DNA from: Candidatus Caenarcanales bacterium
GTDB taxonomy: Bacteria > Cyanobacteriota > Vampirovibrionia > LMEP-6097
Direction of reading: 5' to 3'
Assembly: GCA_021299565.1 (NCBI GenBank)
Contig: JAJTHA010000046.1
Coordinates: 1-34,253, forward strand
DNA length: 34,253 bases
In this document: piece by piece, positions 1 to 14,154 of the stretch
How positions within the stretch are numbered: the stretch's first letter is position 1
Layout: every line of letters starts with the position of its first letter
The notes under the pieces: model-generated
The model's input: the letters and a program-made list of their open reading frames with translations, nothing else
Told to the model about the DNA's origin: nothing
Databases searched by the model: none
Program-made: the position numbers and the translations under genes

Positions 1-1
1 G

Positions 2-943
2 GCAGTTTTGAGATCGGTATTGAATAATAAATCCACTATTGTGTTTTTAGGTGATGCAAAAGCAAATAAAAAATCACGAGCGAGATGGGTCTCAAAAGTA
101 GTTAATATGCCTTATTTGGCTGATTTGCCTAGACCAATCACTGCTGGTACTAAAGAAACTTTTGAGTGGATTCAAAACAGTGAGATATTTTCTAAAAATT
201 TTCGTCAAGAAAAAGATTCAATTATTGAGATTATTAAAAACTCAGATGGAAGTTTTAATTTAAAAGATTCCCAAAATAACTCATACACATCAAGATATGT
301 AATTTTGGCTACTGGTATCATGGATGTACAACCAGCGATACAAGGTTCTATAAGACCGGTTTTGCCTTACGCTAATAATGGTCATATAGACTATTGTATG
401 CGCTGTGATGGGCACAATGCAATCGGAAAAATCACTGCAGCTATCGGTCACAATATGACTGCAGCAAAAGTCGCAATAATCTTACATGAGCGTTATAATC
501 CGCCTGCAATGAAAATTTTCACCAATGGTCAAGAATTAAATTGTGACGATGAGTCTAAGTCATTGATTGATTTATATAGAATTAAAGTAATCAAATCCCC
601 GATTGTTTCAATAAAAGGTGACCCAAAAACCAAAATGGAAGCTTTTGAATTGGAAGATGGAACTATAGAGCCTGTAGAAATGGCTTTCCCAATGTTAGGT
701 CAAATCGCATATAACGAACTGGCTTTGCAGTTAGGAGCTACCGTTACTGAAAAAGGCAATGTTGTATGTAACGAAAAAGGTGAATCTTCTATCCCTGGAT
801 TTTATGTGGCAGGAGATTTAAGAGATACTGGTAAGTATCAAATCTATACTGCTTGGGATCAAGCGGTTGATTCTGCTGATGATATAGATATGAAGATTAG
901 ACTTCAAAAACGCCAGCAACTTTTGGTTAATTCTTTAAACTAA
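2..943 (+). CDS. Thioredoxin-reductase-like FAD-dependent disulfide oxidoreductase; 5' end cut by the window edge
   Basis: The frame is open from nt 2. The TrxR-position redox motif is DYCMRCDGH, and ILATG and the C-terminal GFYVAGD flavin motif are present. The N-terminal GxGxxG is not visible, so the true start lies upstream. Confidence 0.7.
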   Translation, partial: AVLRSVLNNKSTIVFLGDAKANKKSRARWVSKVVNMPYLADLPRPITAGTKETFEWIQNSEIFSKNFRQEKDSIIEIIKNSDGSFNLKDSQNNSYTSRYVILATGIMDVQPAIQGSIRPVLPYANNGHIDYCMRCDGHNAIGKITAAIGHNMTAAKVAIILHERYNPPAMKIFTNGQELNCDDESKSLIDLYRIKVIKSPIVSIKGDPKTKMEAFELEDGTIEPVEMAFPMLGQIAYNELALQLGATVTEKGNVVCNEKGESSIPGFYVAGDLRDTGKYQIYTAWDQAVDSADDIDMKIRLQKRQQLLVNSLN

Positions 944-2792
944 CGTTTTGTTGAATTAAAGATTGTGCAAGGTTTTTTGCTTGCACTCTTATTTCTGGGA
1001 CTGCAGTGCTCTCCCACAATTTTCCTTTTAGAGGAGGACCTAATGTATAAAGTATGTTGGAAATATTTCCATCATCATCAATTAATGCTCCAGAGTCATC
1101 TGCATCTAGCCCTAAAGACATAAAATCAGGCCTAATCAATTTTTGTTTTAAAAGACTTGTTATTAAAGGATCTTGAATTTGACAGAAATCTTGTTCAGAG
1201 CCAGTGCAGTTTATAACCTTGCCAACGATTAAAGATTCAATTTTTTTGGTATTTTTATTTAAAAATTTAACCTCTACTTTGTGATTGTCGATTTGTTTAA
1301 ATTCTTTTATGCGTCCTGCAAAAGCTTGAAGCTGAGAGCAATTGATCATTGCATGAATAACTAAGCTTGCTTTTTCTGGGATACGATGTCTATGAGTATC
1401 CCAATAAGGTCTTAAAAATTTGAAAAATCTTTTTTTATCTTTTTCACTAAGTAATTTCCATAATTCTTGTGTGTGTGGTCTTAAACCATCAATATAGGCT
1501 CTCCAATCCCCACCGATTTTCTCAAGAATTTTGATTTGTTTTCTGATTTGAGAAAATAATTCCCTTAAACCAGAAGCTTTAAATAAAAGATCTTTATCCA
1601 CTTGAATCACTCCAGCGTTGATATGGTGTTGTTGAGGTATCAGTCCGTGTCTTGAAATAGTATAGATTTTGCCAGTATGCTTTTTGGAATTCAATTCTAT
1701 AGCTTTGTCTATCATGGTAAGCCCAGTACCAATTAGAAGAATATCTGAGTCTGGAGAAACATTAGCAAGTGCTTTTGGAGACCACGGATCTCTTGCATAT
1801 AATTCACTTTCATAAAATGAATTGGAATCGGTTTTAATGTCTCTGGGTGGATAGTTGCCAACAGCCAGTACTACCTGATCGGCTTCAATTTTACTGCCAC
1901 TTTCAAGCTCGATGATAGCTTTTTCTTTTGATTTATTGATAGTAATATCAATTGCTTCATCGTTGAATCTTTTGAAACTAATGCTGTTAACTTTATTCTG
2001 ATCTGCTTCATGTAAAACAGCCTCCAAATACTCTCCATAAAGCATTCTTGGGACAAAACTACTTCCTTGAATGCTTGAATCTCTTTTTTGAGCCCAAAGC
2101 AAAAAGTGTTCTGGATGATCTGGAAATGCACTCATCTTTGCAGCTGGAACATTTAAATAGTGCATAGGACTATTCGTTGAATAGGCAAAGCCTCTTGCGA
2201 ATTTGGATTTGCGTTCGATCATGATTATTTGTAATTCGCGATTTTCTGGATTACTCATTAAATGGGTTGCAACAAGGCTTCCACTAAATCCTCCGCCGAT
2301 AATTACAATATTGCGTTTTTTTCTAACTTCTCTGCCAAATACTGACATGCAGCCAACAGGGTCAGAACCAATCAAGTAGCTGATTACATTCTCGTCTAGT
2401 TTTATGGTCTGCATCAGTGTTTCGTTGTTGTAACCCAAGCTTTTAAATTCTTCTTCAGCACTTAATGGTGGTGAATAAATATGAAGAGTTACAAGATTTT
2501 TTGATGATTTATTATGCGCTTCATGTTTTACTCCAACAGGAATATGTTCAATATCACCTTGCCCTAGAGTGCTTATTTCTTTGGTGCCATTTGCATAGTA
2601 AGTAGTACAATCCATCTCTCCTTCTAGGACAAATGTTGTTGCATCTGATTTACCATGATCATGAATCTCTGTGCCTTGACCAGGTAGCCAGCACATTAAA
2701 ATTATCTCGGTATTATTTGTTTTAAAAACCAAGTGACGTGCGTAATTGCTTTCTAAAAACTCTTTGAGCGAATCTATATTGATAGTACCCAT
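927..2792 (-). CDS. Fusion protein: N-terminal cupin (cysteine-dioxygenase-like) plus C-terminal YdhS-like FAD/NAD(P)-binding oxidoreductase
   Basis: 621-aa ORF. The N-terminus reads WLPGQGTEIHDHGKSDATTFVLEGEM...HIPVGVKHEAHN (cupin metal motifs). This is followed by IVIIGGGFSGSLVATHL (GxGxxG) and a second nucleotide-binding region, ILLIGTGLTMIDKA. Confidence 0.6.
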   Translation of the reverse strand: MGTINIDSLKEFLESNYARHLVFKTNNTEIILMCWLPGQGTEIHDHGKSDATTFVLEGEMDCTTYYANGTKEISTLGQGDIEHIPVGVKHEAHNKSSKNLVTLHIYSPPLSAEEEFKSLGYNNETLMQTIKLDENVISYLIGSDPVGCMSVFGREVRKKRNIVIIGGGFSGSLVATHLMSNPENRELQIIMIERKSKFARGFAYSTNSPMHYLNVPAAKMSAFPDHPEHFLLWAQKRDSSIQGSSFVPRMLYGEYLEAVLHEADQNKVNSISFKRFNDEAIDITINKSKEKAIIELESGSKIEADQVVLAVGNYPPRDIKTDSNSFYESELYARDPWSPKALANVSPDSDILLIGTGLTMIDKAIELNSKKHTGKIYTISRHGLIPQQHHINAGVIQVDKDLLFKASGLRELFSQIRKQIKILEKIGGDWRAYIDGLRPHTQELWKLLSEKDKKRFFKFLRPYWDTHRHRIPEKASLVIHAMINCSQLQAFAGRIKEFKQIDNHKVEVKFLNKNTKKIESLIVGKVINCTGSEQDFCQIQDPLITSLLKQKLIRPDFMSLGLDADDSGALIDDDGNISNILYTLGPPLKGKLWESTAVPEIRVQAKNLAQSLIQQNVSLKN

Positions 2793-2810
2793 ATAGTTAT
2801 TATAGCTTTT

Positions 2811-2819
2811 TGTTATACT
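2811..2819 (+). promoter_or_regulatory. Extended -10 box TGTTATACT, 8 nt upstream of the nitroreductase ATG
   Basis: Motif match only. It lies within a 14-mer (ctttttgttatact, 2806-2819) that recurs identically upstream of secD. Confidence 0.4.
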
Positions 2820-2827
2820 TATTGAAG

Positions 2828-3430
2828 ATGCAAACTCTAGAAACCGTCAAAGCCAGAAGATCAATTAAACACTATGATCCTGATCATAAGATGTCTGAAA
2901 AAGAAATTAGCGATTTGATTTCAGCTGCGATTCTTTCGCCGACTTCTTTTAATATACAAAATTGGCGTTTCGTTGTGGTTACTGATAAAGCACTTAGAGA
3001 AGATATGAAAGCTGCAGCTTGGGGACAAGCTCAAGTAACTGACGCTTCAATAGTTATTTTATTATGCGCCGACTTGAAAGCATGGGCAAAAGAACCTAGC
3101 CGCTATTGGCGCAATGCCCCACAGCAAGCACAAGATACTATGGTGCCTATGATAGGGAAATTTTATGAAAACAATGATCAGCTGCAAAGAGATGAAGCGA
3201 TGAGATCAGTTGGCATGGCTGCTCAAACTATAATGCTTGCTGCTAAAGCAATGGAATATGACACTTGTCCCATGATAGGTTTTGATCCTGCTCAAGTTGC
3301 TCAGTTAATTAATTTACCTCAAGATCATGTGATAGGCATGATGATTACTGTTGGTAAGGCTACTAAGCCAGCTAGGGATAGAGCCGGTCAACTTGATTTA
3401 TCAGAAGTGTTGATTAGAGATAGGTTTTAA
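2828..3430 (+). CDS. Nitroreductase family protein
   Basis: TVKARRSIKHYDP and SPTSFNIQNWRFVVV are typical NAD(P)H nitroreductase motifs. I chose the ATG at 2828 rather than the TTG at 2810 of the ORF track because the -10 box sits at 2811-2819. Confidence 0.85.
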   Translation: MQTLETVKARRSIKHYDPDHKMSEKEISDLISAAILSPTSFNIQNWRFVVVTDKALREDMKAAAWGQAQVTDASIVILLCADLKAWAKEPSRYWRNAPQQAQDTMVPMIGKFYENNDQLQRDEAMRSVGMAAQTIMLAAKAMEYDTCPMIGFDPAQVAQLINLPQDHVIGMMITVGKATKPARDRAGQLDLSEVLIRDRF

Positions 3431-3716
3431 TCGTAAACTCTATCAAATCCTGAATGTCCACCTATATCAACCAATAAAATTGTGATTTTTTTATCATCAC
3501 TAATTAACCAGATGATTCTAATATCTCCAGTTACTGACGAACTGAATACTTCGCCGTGTACTTTAGTGGTCACCTTGTGAGTTTTCAATATTGGATTTTT
3601 AGGATTTTCAGCTAGATTTGTAATCGTTTTAGAAATCTTATTTTTCAAGCTTTGATTTTTTGAAATAAGCTTTCTATATTTCCGCTGAAAGTTTTTGTGA
3701 TTTCTATTTCATACAT
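3427..3716 (-). pseudogene. RelE/ParE-family type II toxin, disrupted by a 1-nt frameshift in an A5 run (3692-3696)
   Basis: The ATG at 3716 gives MYEIEITK..., which stops after 23 codons (TGA 3647-3645). The adjacent frame continues NFQRKYRKLISKNQSLKNKISKTITNLAENP...GDIRIIWLISDDKKITILLVDIGGHSGFDRVYD, a typical RelE/StbE core. One extra A would restore a single ORF of about 96 aa. Confidence 0.7.
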
Positions 3717-3722
3717 AAAAGA

Positions 3723-4010
3723 TTAGTCATTCATGAGCTGATCATGTATATTTTTTGATAAATTGATTTTTTTGGTTTTCCCAGATTTTTGTTCCAAAAT
3801 TGATTCCGCTAGCAGTAAATCCAGGTTTGATAGCTTTTCTTGTGGCTCAGGATTATTGAAAGAGATGACTAGATTACCATTTGCAAAATTCGTAAGTAGT
3901 AATCGAGCTATATCGGTAATCGAGCCAAAACCCAATTCCGAGGCTTTTTTCTTGAGTTTATTGTTTAAATCTTGAGCTATTGGGATTTGTAGTTTGAATT
4001 GGTAAGCCAT
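3723..4010 (-). CDS. RelB/DinJ-like antitoxin
   Basis: 95 aa, ending 6 nt upstream of the toxin ATG. The N-terminus, MAYQFKLQIPIAQDLNNKLKKKASELGFGSITDIARLLL, resembles a DinJ/RelB ribbon-helix-helix. Confidence 0.6.
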   Translation of the reverse strand: MAYQFKLQIPIAQDLNNKLKKKASELGFGSITDIARLLLTNFANGNLVISFNNPEPQEKLSNLDLLLAESILEQKSGKTKKINLSKNIHDQLMND

Positions 4011-4037
4011 ACCATTATTATACCAATAAAATGGTAT
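4009..4037 (-). promoter_or_regulatory. Putative TA promoter/operator: 8-bp inverted repeat flanking an extended -10 box
   Basis: ATACCATT (4009-4016) and AATGGTAT (4030-4037) form the inverted repeat. On the minus strand TGGTATAAT occupies 4025-4017, so its 3' end is 6 nt from the antitoxin ATG (4010). The left arm covers the start codon. Confidence 0.4.
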
Positions 4038-4051
4038 TTTTTACCTCTTAT

Positions 4052-4804
4052 CTACCAATCTCCGCCGGCACCGCCGCCGCCAGACATTCCTCCGCCAAAT
4101 CCTCCACCGAATGATCCACCGGAGCCTCCCCCAAAGCCGCCTAAAAAGATAGGGAAAAAATCAACACTATTATTGCCGATAGTTTGAGCTCTATTTTTTG
4201 GAGTGAAGAATTCCATAATCACCAATAAAATAATGACTCCGAAAACAATCATCACCCAAGTTATTTTGTGATCTTGATTTGTGGCTAGTTTCTTTTGAAA
4301 ATATTCTTGAGAACTTAACTCGATGATTTTGTTAGTTGCTTGATCCAGTCCTTGATAATAACTTCCCGATTTAAAAAAAGGCGTAATGATATGAGAAATA
4401 ATTTTTTTACAAGTTATATCCGGCAAAACACTTTCTAAACCATAGCCAGTGCTGATATAGACTTTTCGCCCGCCATCATCATTGCTAGTAGGTTTGACCA
4501 AAACCAAAACCCCATTATTATTTTTTTTGGAGCCAATGCCCCAAGCATTAAACAATTCAGTCGCATATTGATTGACCTCTTTACCCTCAAAGTCATCTAC
4601 GACGACTATGGCAATTTCATTAGAGCTATTAATTGCATAGTCAGCCAATTTGCTTTCAATACTTTTTGCTTCGCTTTGATTTAGAAAATCTGGAAACTCT
4701 TTGGACAAATTGGTATAAAGGCTATTTGACTTTGGTGGCAGCGCTAAAGCAACAGCACCGACTATTAATAGAGCAAAGCAAATAAAGAATCTAGTTGTTT
4801 TCAA
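4052..4804 (-). CDS. TPM-domain (YgcG-like) membrane protein with a Gly-rich C-terminal tail
   Basis: It has a signal/TM N-terminus and a TPM core (NEIAIVVVDDFEG...LFNAWGIGSKKNNNGVLVLV...YISTGYGLE). It also has a TM helix and a GGFGGGSGGSFGGGFGGG tail. Confidence 0.8.
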   Translation of the reverse strand: MKTTRFFICFALLIVGAVALALPPKSNSLYTNLSKEFPDFLNQSEAKSIESKLADYAINSSNEIAIVVVDDFEGKEVNQYATELFNAWGIGSKKNNNGVLVLVKPTSNDDGGRKVYISTGYGLESVLPDITCKKIISHIITPFFKSGSYYQGLDQATNKIIELSSQEYFQKKLATNQDHKITWVMIVFGVIILLVIMEFFTPKNRAQTIGNNSVDFFPIFLGGFGGGSGGSFGGGFGGGMSGGGGAGGDW

Positions 4805-5228
4805 TGCTTACCTCGTTTGATAGCTCATTACTGTCATTAGATTGTCTAGGGAAATATAAAGTAAGTTTTTCGGCGACTTTATTAATGGCTTGATTAATAC
4901 CTTCTTTGAATTGACTTTGAGAAAAATAACTTTTTAAGAGATCTTTTTCTTCTTGCCAAAACTGGTCGCCAAGCTTTTCATGAATTCCTTGATCTCCAAA
5001 AATTGCAAATTTTTTGTCTTGATGAGCGATGTAGAGCAAGACTCCATTTCTATCTTTGGTTTTGTTCATTTTTAAATTAGTAAAAACTTCCTTGGCTCTG
5101 GTTAAAGGCTCTTTGGCACATTTATTCTCAATATGCACTCTGATTTCTGCTGAACTATTTAGTTCAGCCAAAGAAATACAAGAGCTAATTTCATGAAGCT
5201 CCTCTTTACTTAAAAAATCTTTACTCAT
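4791..5228 (-). CDS. TPM-domain protein (cytoplasmic type)
   Basis: Motifs AEIRVHIE...KDRNGVLLYIAHQDKKFAIFGDQGI...FW. It overlaps the downstream TPM gene by 14 nt and lies 1 nt after lemA. Confidence 0.7.
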   Translation of the reverse strand: MSKDFLSKEELHEISSCISLAELNSSAEIRVHIENKCAKEPLTRAKEVFTNLKMNKTKDRNGVLLYIAHQDKKFAIFGDQGIHEKLGDQFWQEEKDLLKSYFSQSQFKEGINQAINKVAEKLTLYFPRQSNDSNELSNEVSIENN

Positions 5229-5229
5229 A

Positions 5230-5820
5230 TTAAAATTTTACTTCTGGTGCTTTTGCTGCAGCCGGTTCAGCCTCAAAGTACGCTTTTGCCTTGAAACCAA
5301 ATAGGTTGGCTAATATGTTTTGTGGAAAAGCTTTTGCATAGCTATTGTAATCTTTGACAGACTCATTAAAAGTTCTTCTTTCATTGGTGATGCGGTTCTC
5401 TGTGCCTTCTAGTTGAGTTTGCAAGTTCAAGAAATTCTCATTAGCTTTGAGATCAGGATATTTTTCTGCAACTACCATTAATCTTGATAAAGCACTATTT
5501 ATACCACCTTGAGCTTGCTCGAATTTGGCAAGAGCTTCTGGTGAGATATTACTAGGATCAATAGTTGTTTGAGTAGCTTTTGATCTCGCTTCAATTACTG
5601 CTGTTAACGTTTCTTCTTCATGTTTGGCATAACCTTTTACTGTTTCAACAAGATTTGGAATTAAATCCAATCTTCTTTGATATACGTTAGAAACCTGTCC
5701 CCAAGAACTAGCTACGCCCTCGCCCTTAGAGACCAAAGTATTGTAAGTTCCGCCTAGATACATAAATGCTAGAACTATTACACCAACTACAATTGCCCAT
5801 GTGGGGATTTTGTTTTTCAT
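5230..5820 (-). CDS. lemA: LemA family protein
   Basis: N-terminal TM helix followed by YNTLV...VSNVYQRRLDLIPNLVETVKGYAKHE...RITNERRTFNESV. I chose the ATG at 5820 because the ORF-track extension to 5853 runs into the upstream terminator hairpin. Confidence 0.85.
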   Translation of the reverse strand: MKNKIPTWAIVVGVIVLAFMYLGGTYNTLVSKGEGVASSWGQVSNVYQRRLDLIPNLVETVKGYAKHEEETLTAVIEARSKATQTTIDPSNISPEALAKFEQAQGGINSALSRLMVVAEKYPDLKANENFLNLQTQLEGTENRITNERRTFNESVKDYNSYAKAFPQNILANLFGFKAKAYFEAEPAAAKAPEVKF

Positions 5821-5827
5821 GTAGACT

Positions 5828-5836
5828 ATTTTATCA
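5828..5836 (-). promoter_or_regulatory. Extended -10 box TGATAAAAT, 7 nt upstream of the lemA ATG
   Basis: Motif match on the minus strand, immediately after the terminator hairpin. Confidence 0.4.
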
Positions 5837-5843
5837 CAAAAGC

Positions 5844-5872
5844 AAATCACCACCTAATATAGGTGGTGATTT
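5844..5872 (-). terminator. Rho-independent terminator downstream of the chemoreceptor gene
   Basis: Perfect 12-bp stem, aaatcaccacct / aggtggtgattt, with a 5-nt loop. On the minus strand it is followed by gcttttgtg. Confidence 0.6.
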
Positions 5873-5900
5873 AGTTTTCTTATAGCAGCAATTAGTTGTT

Positions 5901-8243
5901 TTACTTAGTTAGTGCTGTTAATTTATGAGTTACAGAGTTGATTTCACTTGTACGATCAACATTTCCTCTAACTAATTCTGTAACACTTGAAATACCATTA
6001 GCCATCTCAGCTACTTTTTCAGTTGAGTTTCTCATACTTCTACCAATCTCTGAAGTGACCGCAGTTTGTTCTTCGACAGAACCTGCGATGGTTACAGAGA
6101 CTTCGTTAATAGTCTTCACTGAGTTGGAAGCAGTCTCGATTGATTTGAGAGCGTTTTGTGATTCAACTTGAATAGCAGCAATTTTGTTACTGATATCTTC
6201 CGTCGCTTCTGCCGTTCTGTTAGCCAATTCTTTTACTTCATTAGCGACTACCGCAAAACCTTTTCCAGCATCACCAGCTCTTGCCGCTTCGATAGTGGCG
6301 TTGAGAGCAAGAAGATTTGTTTGGTTAGCGATGTCAGTAACTACTTTCAAAATAGAAGCAATTTCCTCACTTCTACCTTGTAAGTTTCTAATAATGTCTT
6401 CAGTGCTTAGCATTTGAGATACAGCATCCTGAGTCATTTTCGCAGCTCTATCTGTGTTTTTTGATATCTCTGCGATACTTGAGATCATCTCTTCTGCTGC
6501 AACACTTACGCTATTGATGTAGTTTTGTACTTCGTTTGAGCTATCAGAGATTTGCATTACATTTGCACTAAGGCTCTCTGAGCTGCTTTCTAGATTACCA
6601 GAAGAATAAGAAAGAGTCTTGATTGTTTCTTCTAATTCTTTTTTCATCTGCGCTTCTTGCTCTTTAGCAAGTATGCTGGCAGTAACATCAGAACAGAATT
6701 TTAGAATAAACTCTACTTTTCCTTCTGCATTTTTTACAGGGTTGTATGTAGCATCAATAAATATATCTTTGCCAGTTTTAGTAACTCTTTTGTAGATACT
6801 TTTATGGCTCTTGCCTTGACCTAATATATTCCAGAATTCTTTGTATTCGTAGCTGTTTTTGTAGTCGTTGTCTACAAAAAGACCGTGGTGTTTGCCCTTG
6901 ATTTCATCAAGTGTATAGCCCGTAACATTCAAAAATATTTCATTTGCGTTCAATACATAACCATCGGTTGTGAATTCAATTGAAGCTTGTGATTTATTAA
7001 CAGCTTGAATCATTTGTTGAAATCTTACGCCTTCGTCAGCAAGAGCTTTGGTCTCAGCAGCAGCTTTTGCAACTTCTCCCATAAGTCTTTCTCTTGTCTC
7101 CAAAAATTCGTTAACACCATCAGTGAGTGAGCCAAGTTCATCAGCATCTTGCTTTGCTAATCTATAAGCAAGATCATCAGTGTGTCTTGTAAACTCTCTA
7201 ACTTTATCAACTCTGTTTACGATATATTTTGCGATAAACCAACTTACAATAGAGCTTACTACAAGAAGTATCAATGCAAATATCATTAAGAACTTCAAAG
7301 CGTCTTCATCTTTGCCGTGTATTCCAACATTTGAGCCATTAAGATCGGCTTCAGCAATAAGACCAGCTGTAAAATCATCAGAGAATTTAATTGTTCCTCC
7401 AACGCCTACCACAGGTACATGTCTATAGTCTGGATAGCCTTCCATATCACTTACTTTGCCGTCTTTGATAATCGCAGCTACTCCTAGAGTAGGTTGATTA
7501 GTTTCTGGATCCAAAAACTTAAGTTCAAATTCTGTATTTGCTTTGACTTGTACAGTGCCTTTGCTGATTGGAATACCAGCAATTAAGTCTTTTTCAAATG
7601 CAGATTTTGAAACAGCTGTTGCAGTTGGACCAAGGTCTGAATCAGCAAGAGTGAACATATAAGTATCACTGCTGTTTGGATATGGTCTAACTGATTGTAG
7701 TAAATCTGAAATTTTGTCATTATCAACTTCTGATACAACAACATTGCCACCATCGTTAAGACAAAAATAAGCCATCACTTTGCCGTCTTCTTGTACTTTT
7801 AAATCAAAATGATTTGTTTTACCAGTTGTCTTAGTGAAAATACTATCTTGAGATAAATCCTTGCCAATCAAAGCAGGATCTGAACTGTTGATTACTTTTC
7901 CTGACATGTTGATTGTGTACATTCTTTCGTAAATTTTTTCTTTTTTGCCATTGAAAGTAGTCTCTGTCTCTACTTGCAGTGCGTGATTGTCATAAATATC
8001 GCCATGTATTTTAAGCTGAACAATATCAGCCCATCTTTCTTCAATGAAGCTCTCCAAACCATTTTTAGCCGTCATATAAGCTTGATCAATTATGATTAGA
8101 GCTGATTTTTTGGTGTCTGATCTATTGTTATTATTAATCACATAGCAGGCCAGAACTAAAAGTAAAGCTAATGCCCCACTAACTAATGCAGCAAGTTTGA
8201 TTTTGAGCGAAAGTTTTCCAAAACTATTAAAAAGATTATTCAT
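5901..8243 (-). CDS. Methyl-accepting chemotaxis protein (TM, Cache-like periplasmic region, TM, HAMP, PAS, MA domain)
   Basis: 780 aa. The conserved signalling hairpin is [41 protein letters not shown]-like segment ([32 protein letters not shown]) and two TM helices are present. Confidence 0.9.
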   Translation of the reverse strand: MNNLFNSFGKLSLKIKLAALVSGALALLLVLACYVINNNNRSDTKKSALIIIDQAYMTAKNGLESFIEERWADIVQLKIHGDIYDNHALQVETETTFNGKKEKIYERMYTINMSGKVINSSDPALIGKDLSQDSIFTKTTGKTNHFDLKVQEDGKVMAYFCLNDGGNVVVSEVDNDKISDLLQSVRPYPNSSDTYMFTLADSDLGPTATAVSKSAFEKDLIAGIPISKGTVQVKANTEFELKFLDPETNQPTLGVAAIIKDGKVSDMEGYPDYRHVPVVGVGGTIKFSDDFTAGLIAEADLNGSNVGIHGKDEDALKFLMIFALILLVVSSIVSWFIAKYIVNRVDKVREFTRHTDDLAYRLAKQDADELGSLTDGVNEFLETRERLMGEVAKAAAETKALADEGVRFQQMIQAVNKSQASIEFTTDGYVLNANEIFLNVTGYTLDEIKGKHHGLFVDNDYKNSYEYKEFWNILGQGKSHKSIYKRVTKTGKDIFIDATYNPVKNAEGKVEFILKFCSDVTASILAKEQEAQMKKELEETIKTLSYSSGNLESSSESLSANVMQISDSSNEVQNYINSVSVAAEEMISSIAEISKNTDRAAKMTQDAVSQMLSTEDIIRNLQGRSEEIASILKVVTDIANQTNLLALNATIEAARAGDAGKGFAVVANEVKELANRTAEATEDISNKIAAIQVESQNALKSIETASNSVKTINEVSVTIAGSVEEQTAVTSEIGRSMRNSTEKVAEMANGISSVTELVRGNVDRTSEINSVTHKLTALTK

Positions 8244-8351
8244 AGAATTTCTATACCCATTTAAGTATTATTTGCTTTGGGTATTAACTCAATTGTTTAG
8301 TGGATTTCTAGTTTAAAGCTTTTTTATGTATGTGGAATCTTGAAAAATAAG

Positions 8352-14133
<5,782 letters not shown>

Positions 14134-14145
14134 GACAGGCAGTTA

Positions 14146-14154
14146 ATTTTATCA
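14146..14154 (-). promoter_or_regulatory. Extended -10 box TGATAAAAT, 12 nt upstream of the gltB GTG
   Basis: Motif match. The TGA stop codon of the upstream permease (14154-14152) supplies the TG and the spacer base of the extended -10. Confidence 0.35.

Noticed and set aside
2810-2827. TTG-start extension of the nitroreductase (MLYLLK)
   Set aside because: It would begin inside the predicted -10 box (2811-2819). The ATG at 2828 gives the canonical nitroreductase N-terminus.
3645-3716. Programmed -1 ribosomal frameshifting in the toxin gene
   Set aside because: The A-run has only five A's (acAAAAAc), not a canonical A-AAA-AAC/G heptamer. I saw no obvious downstream stimulatory structure. 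A simple 1-nt deletion or a homopolymer sequencing error is more parsimonious. The frameshift is kept as a finding, but not as programmed recoding.
4009-4037. The same palindrome acting as an intrinsic terminator for the TPM operon
   Set aside because: On the transcribed (minus) strand the hairpin is followed by GGCTTACC rather than a U-tract. The T-run is on the plus strand, where no gene ends. A promoter/operator role fits better.
3999-4187. 62-aa Pro-rich ORF on the plus strand (PPAPPPPDIPPPNPPPNDPPEPPPKPP)
   Set aside because: It is the antisense reading of the Gly-rich (GGN codon) tail of the TPM protein at 4052-4804. It has no independent start signal and is a composition artefact.
5821-5853. 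N-terminal extension of LemA (MVICFCDKIVY) from a GTG start in the ORF track
   Set aside because: The extension overlaps the 12-bp terminator stem (5844-5872) and the TGATAAAAT box. The ATG at 5820 is followed directly by the expected TM helix.
5938-7428. Four short plus-strand ORFs (71-82 aa) inside the chemoreceptor gene
   Set aside because: They are antisense to a strongly supported MCP coding sequence. Their Ser/Leu/Ala-rich low-complexity translations are typical shadows of the Ala/Glu/Ser-rich MA domain.
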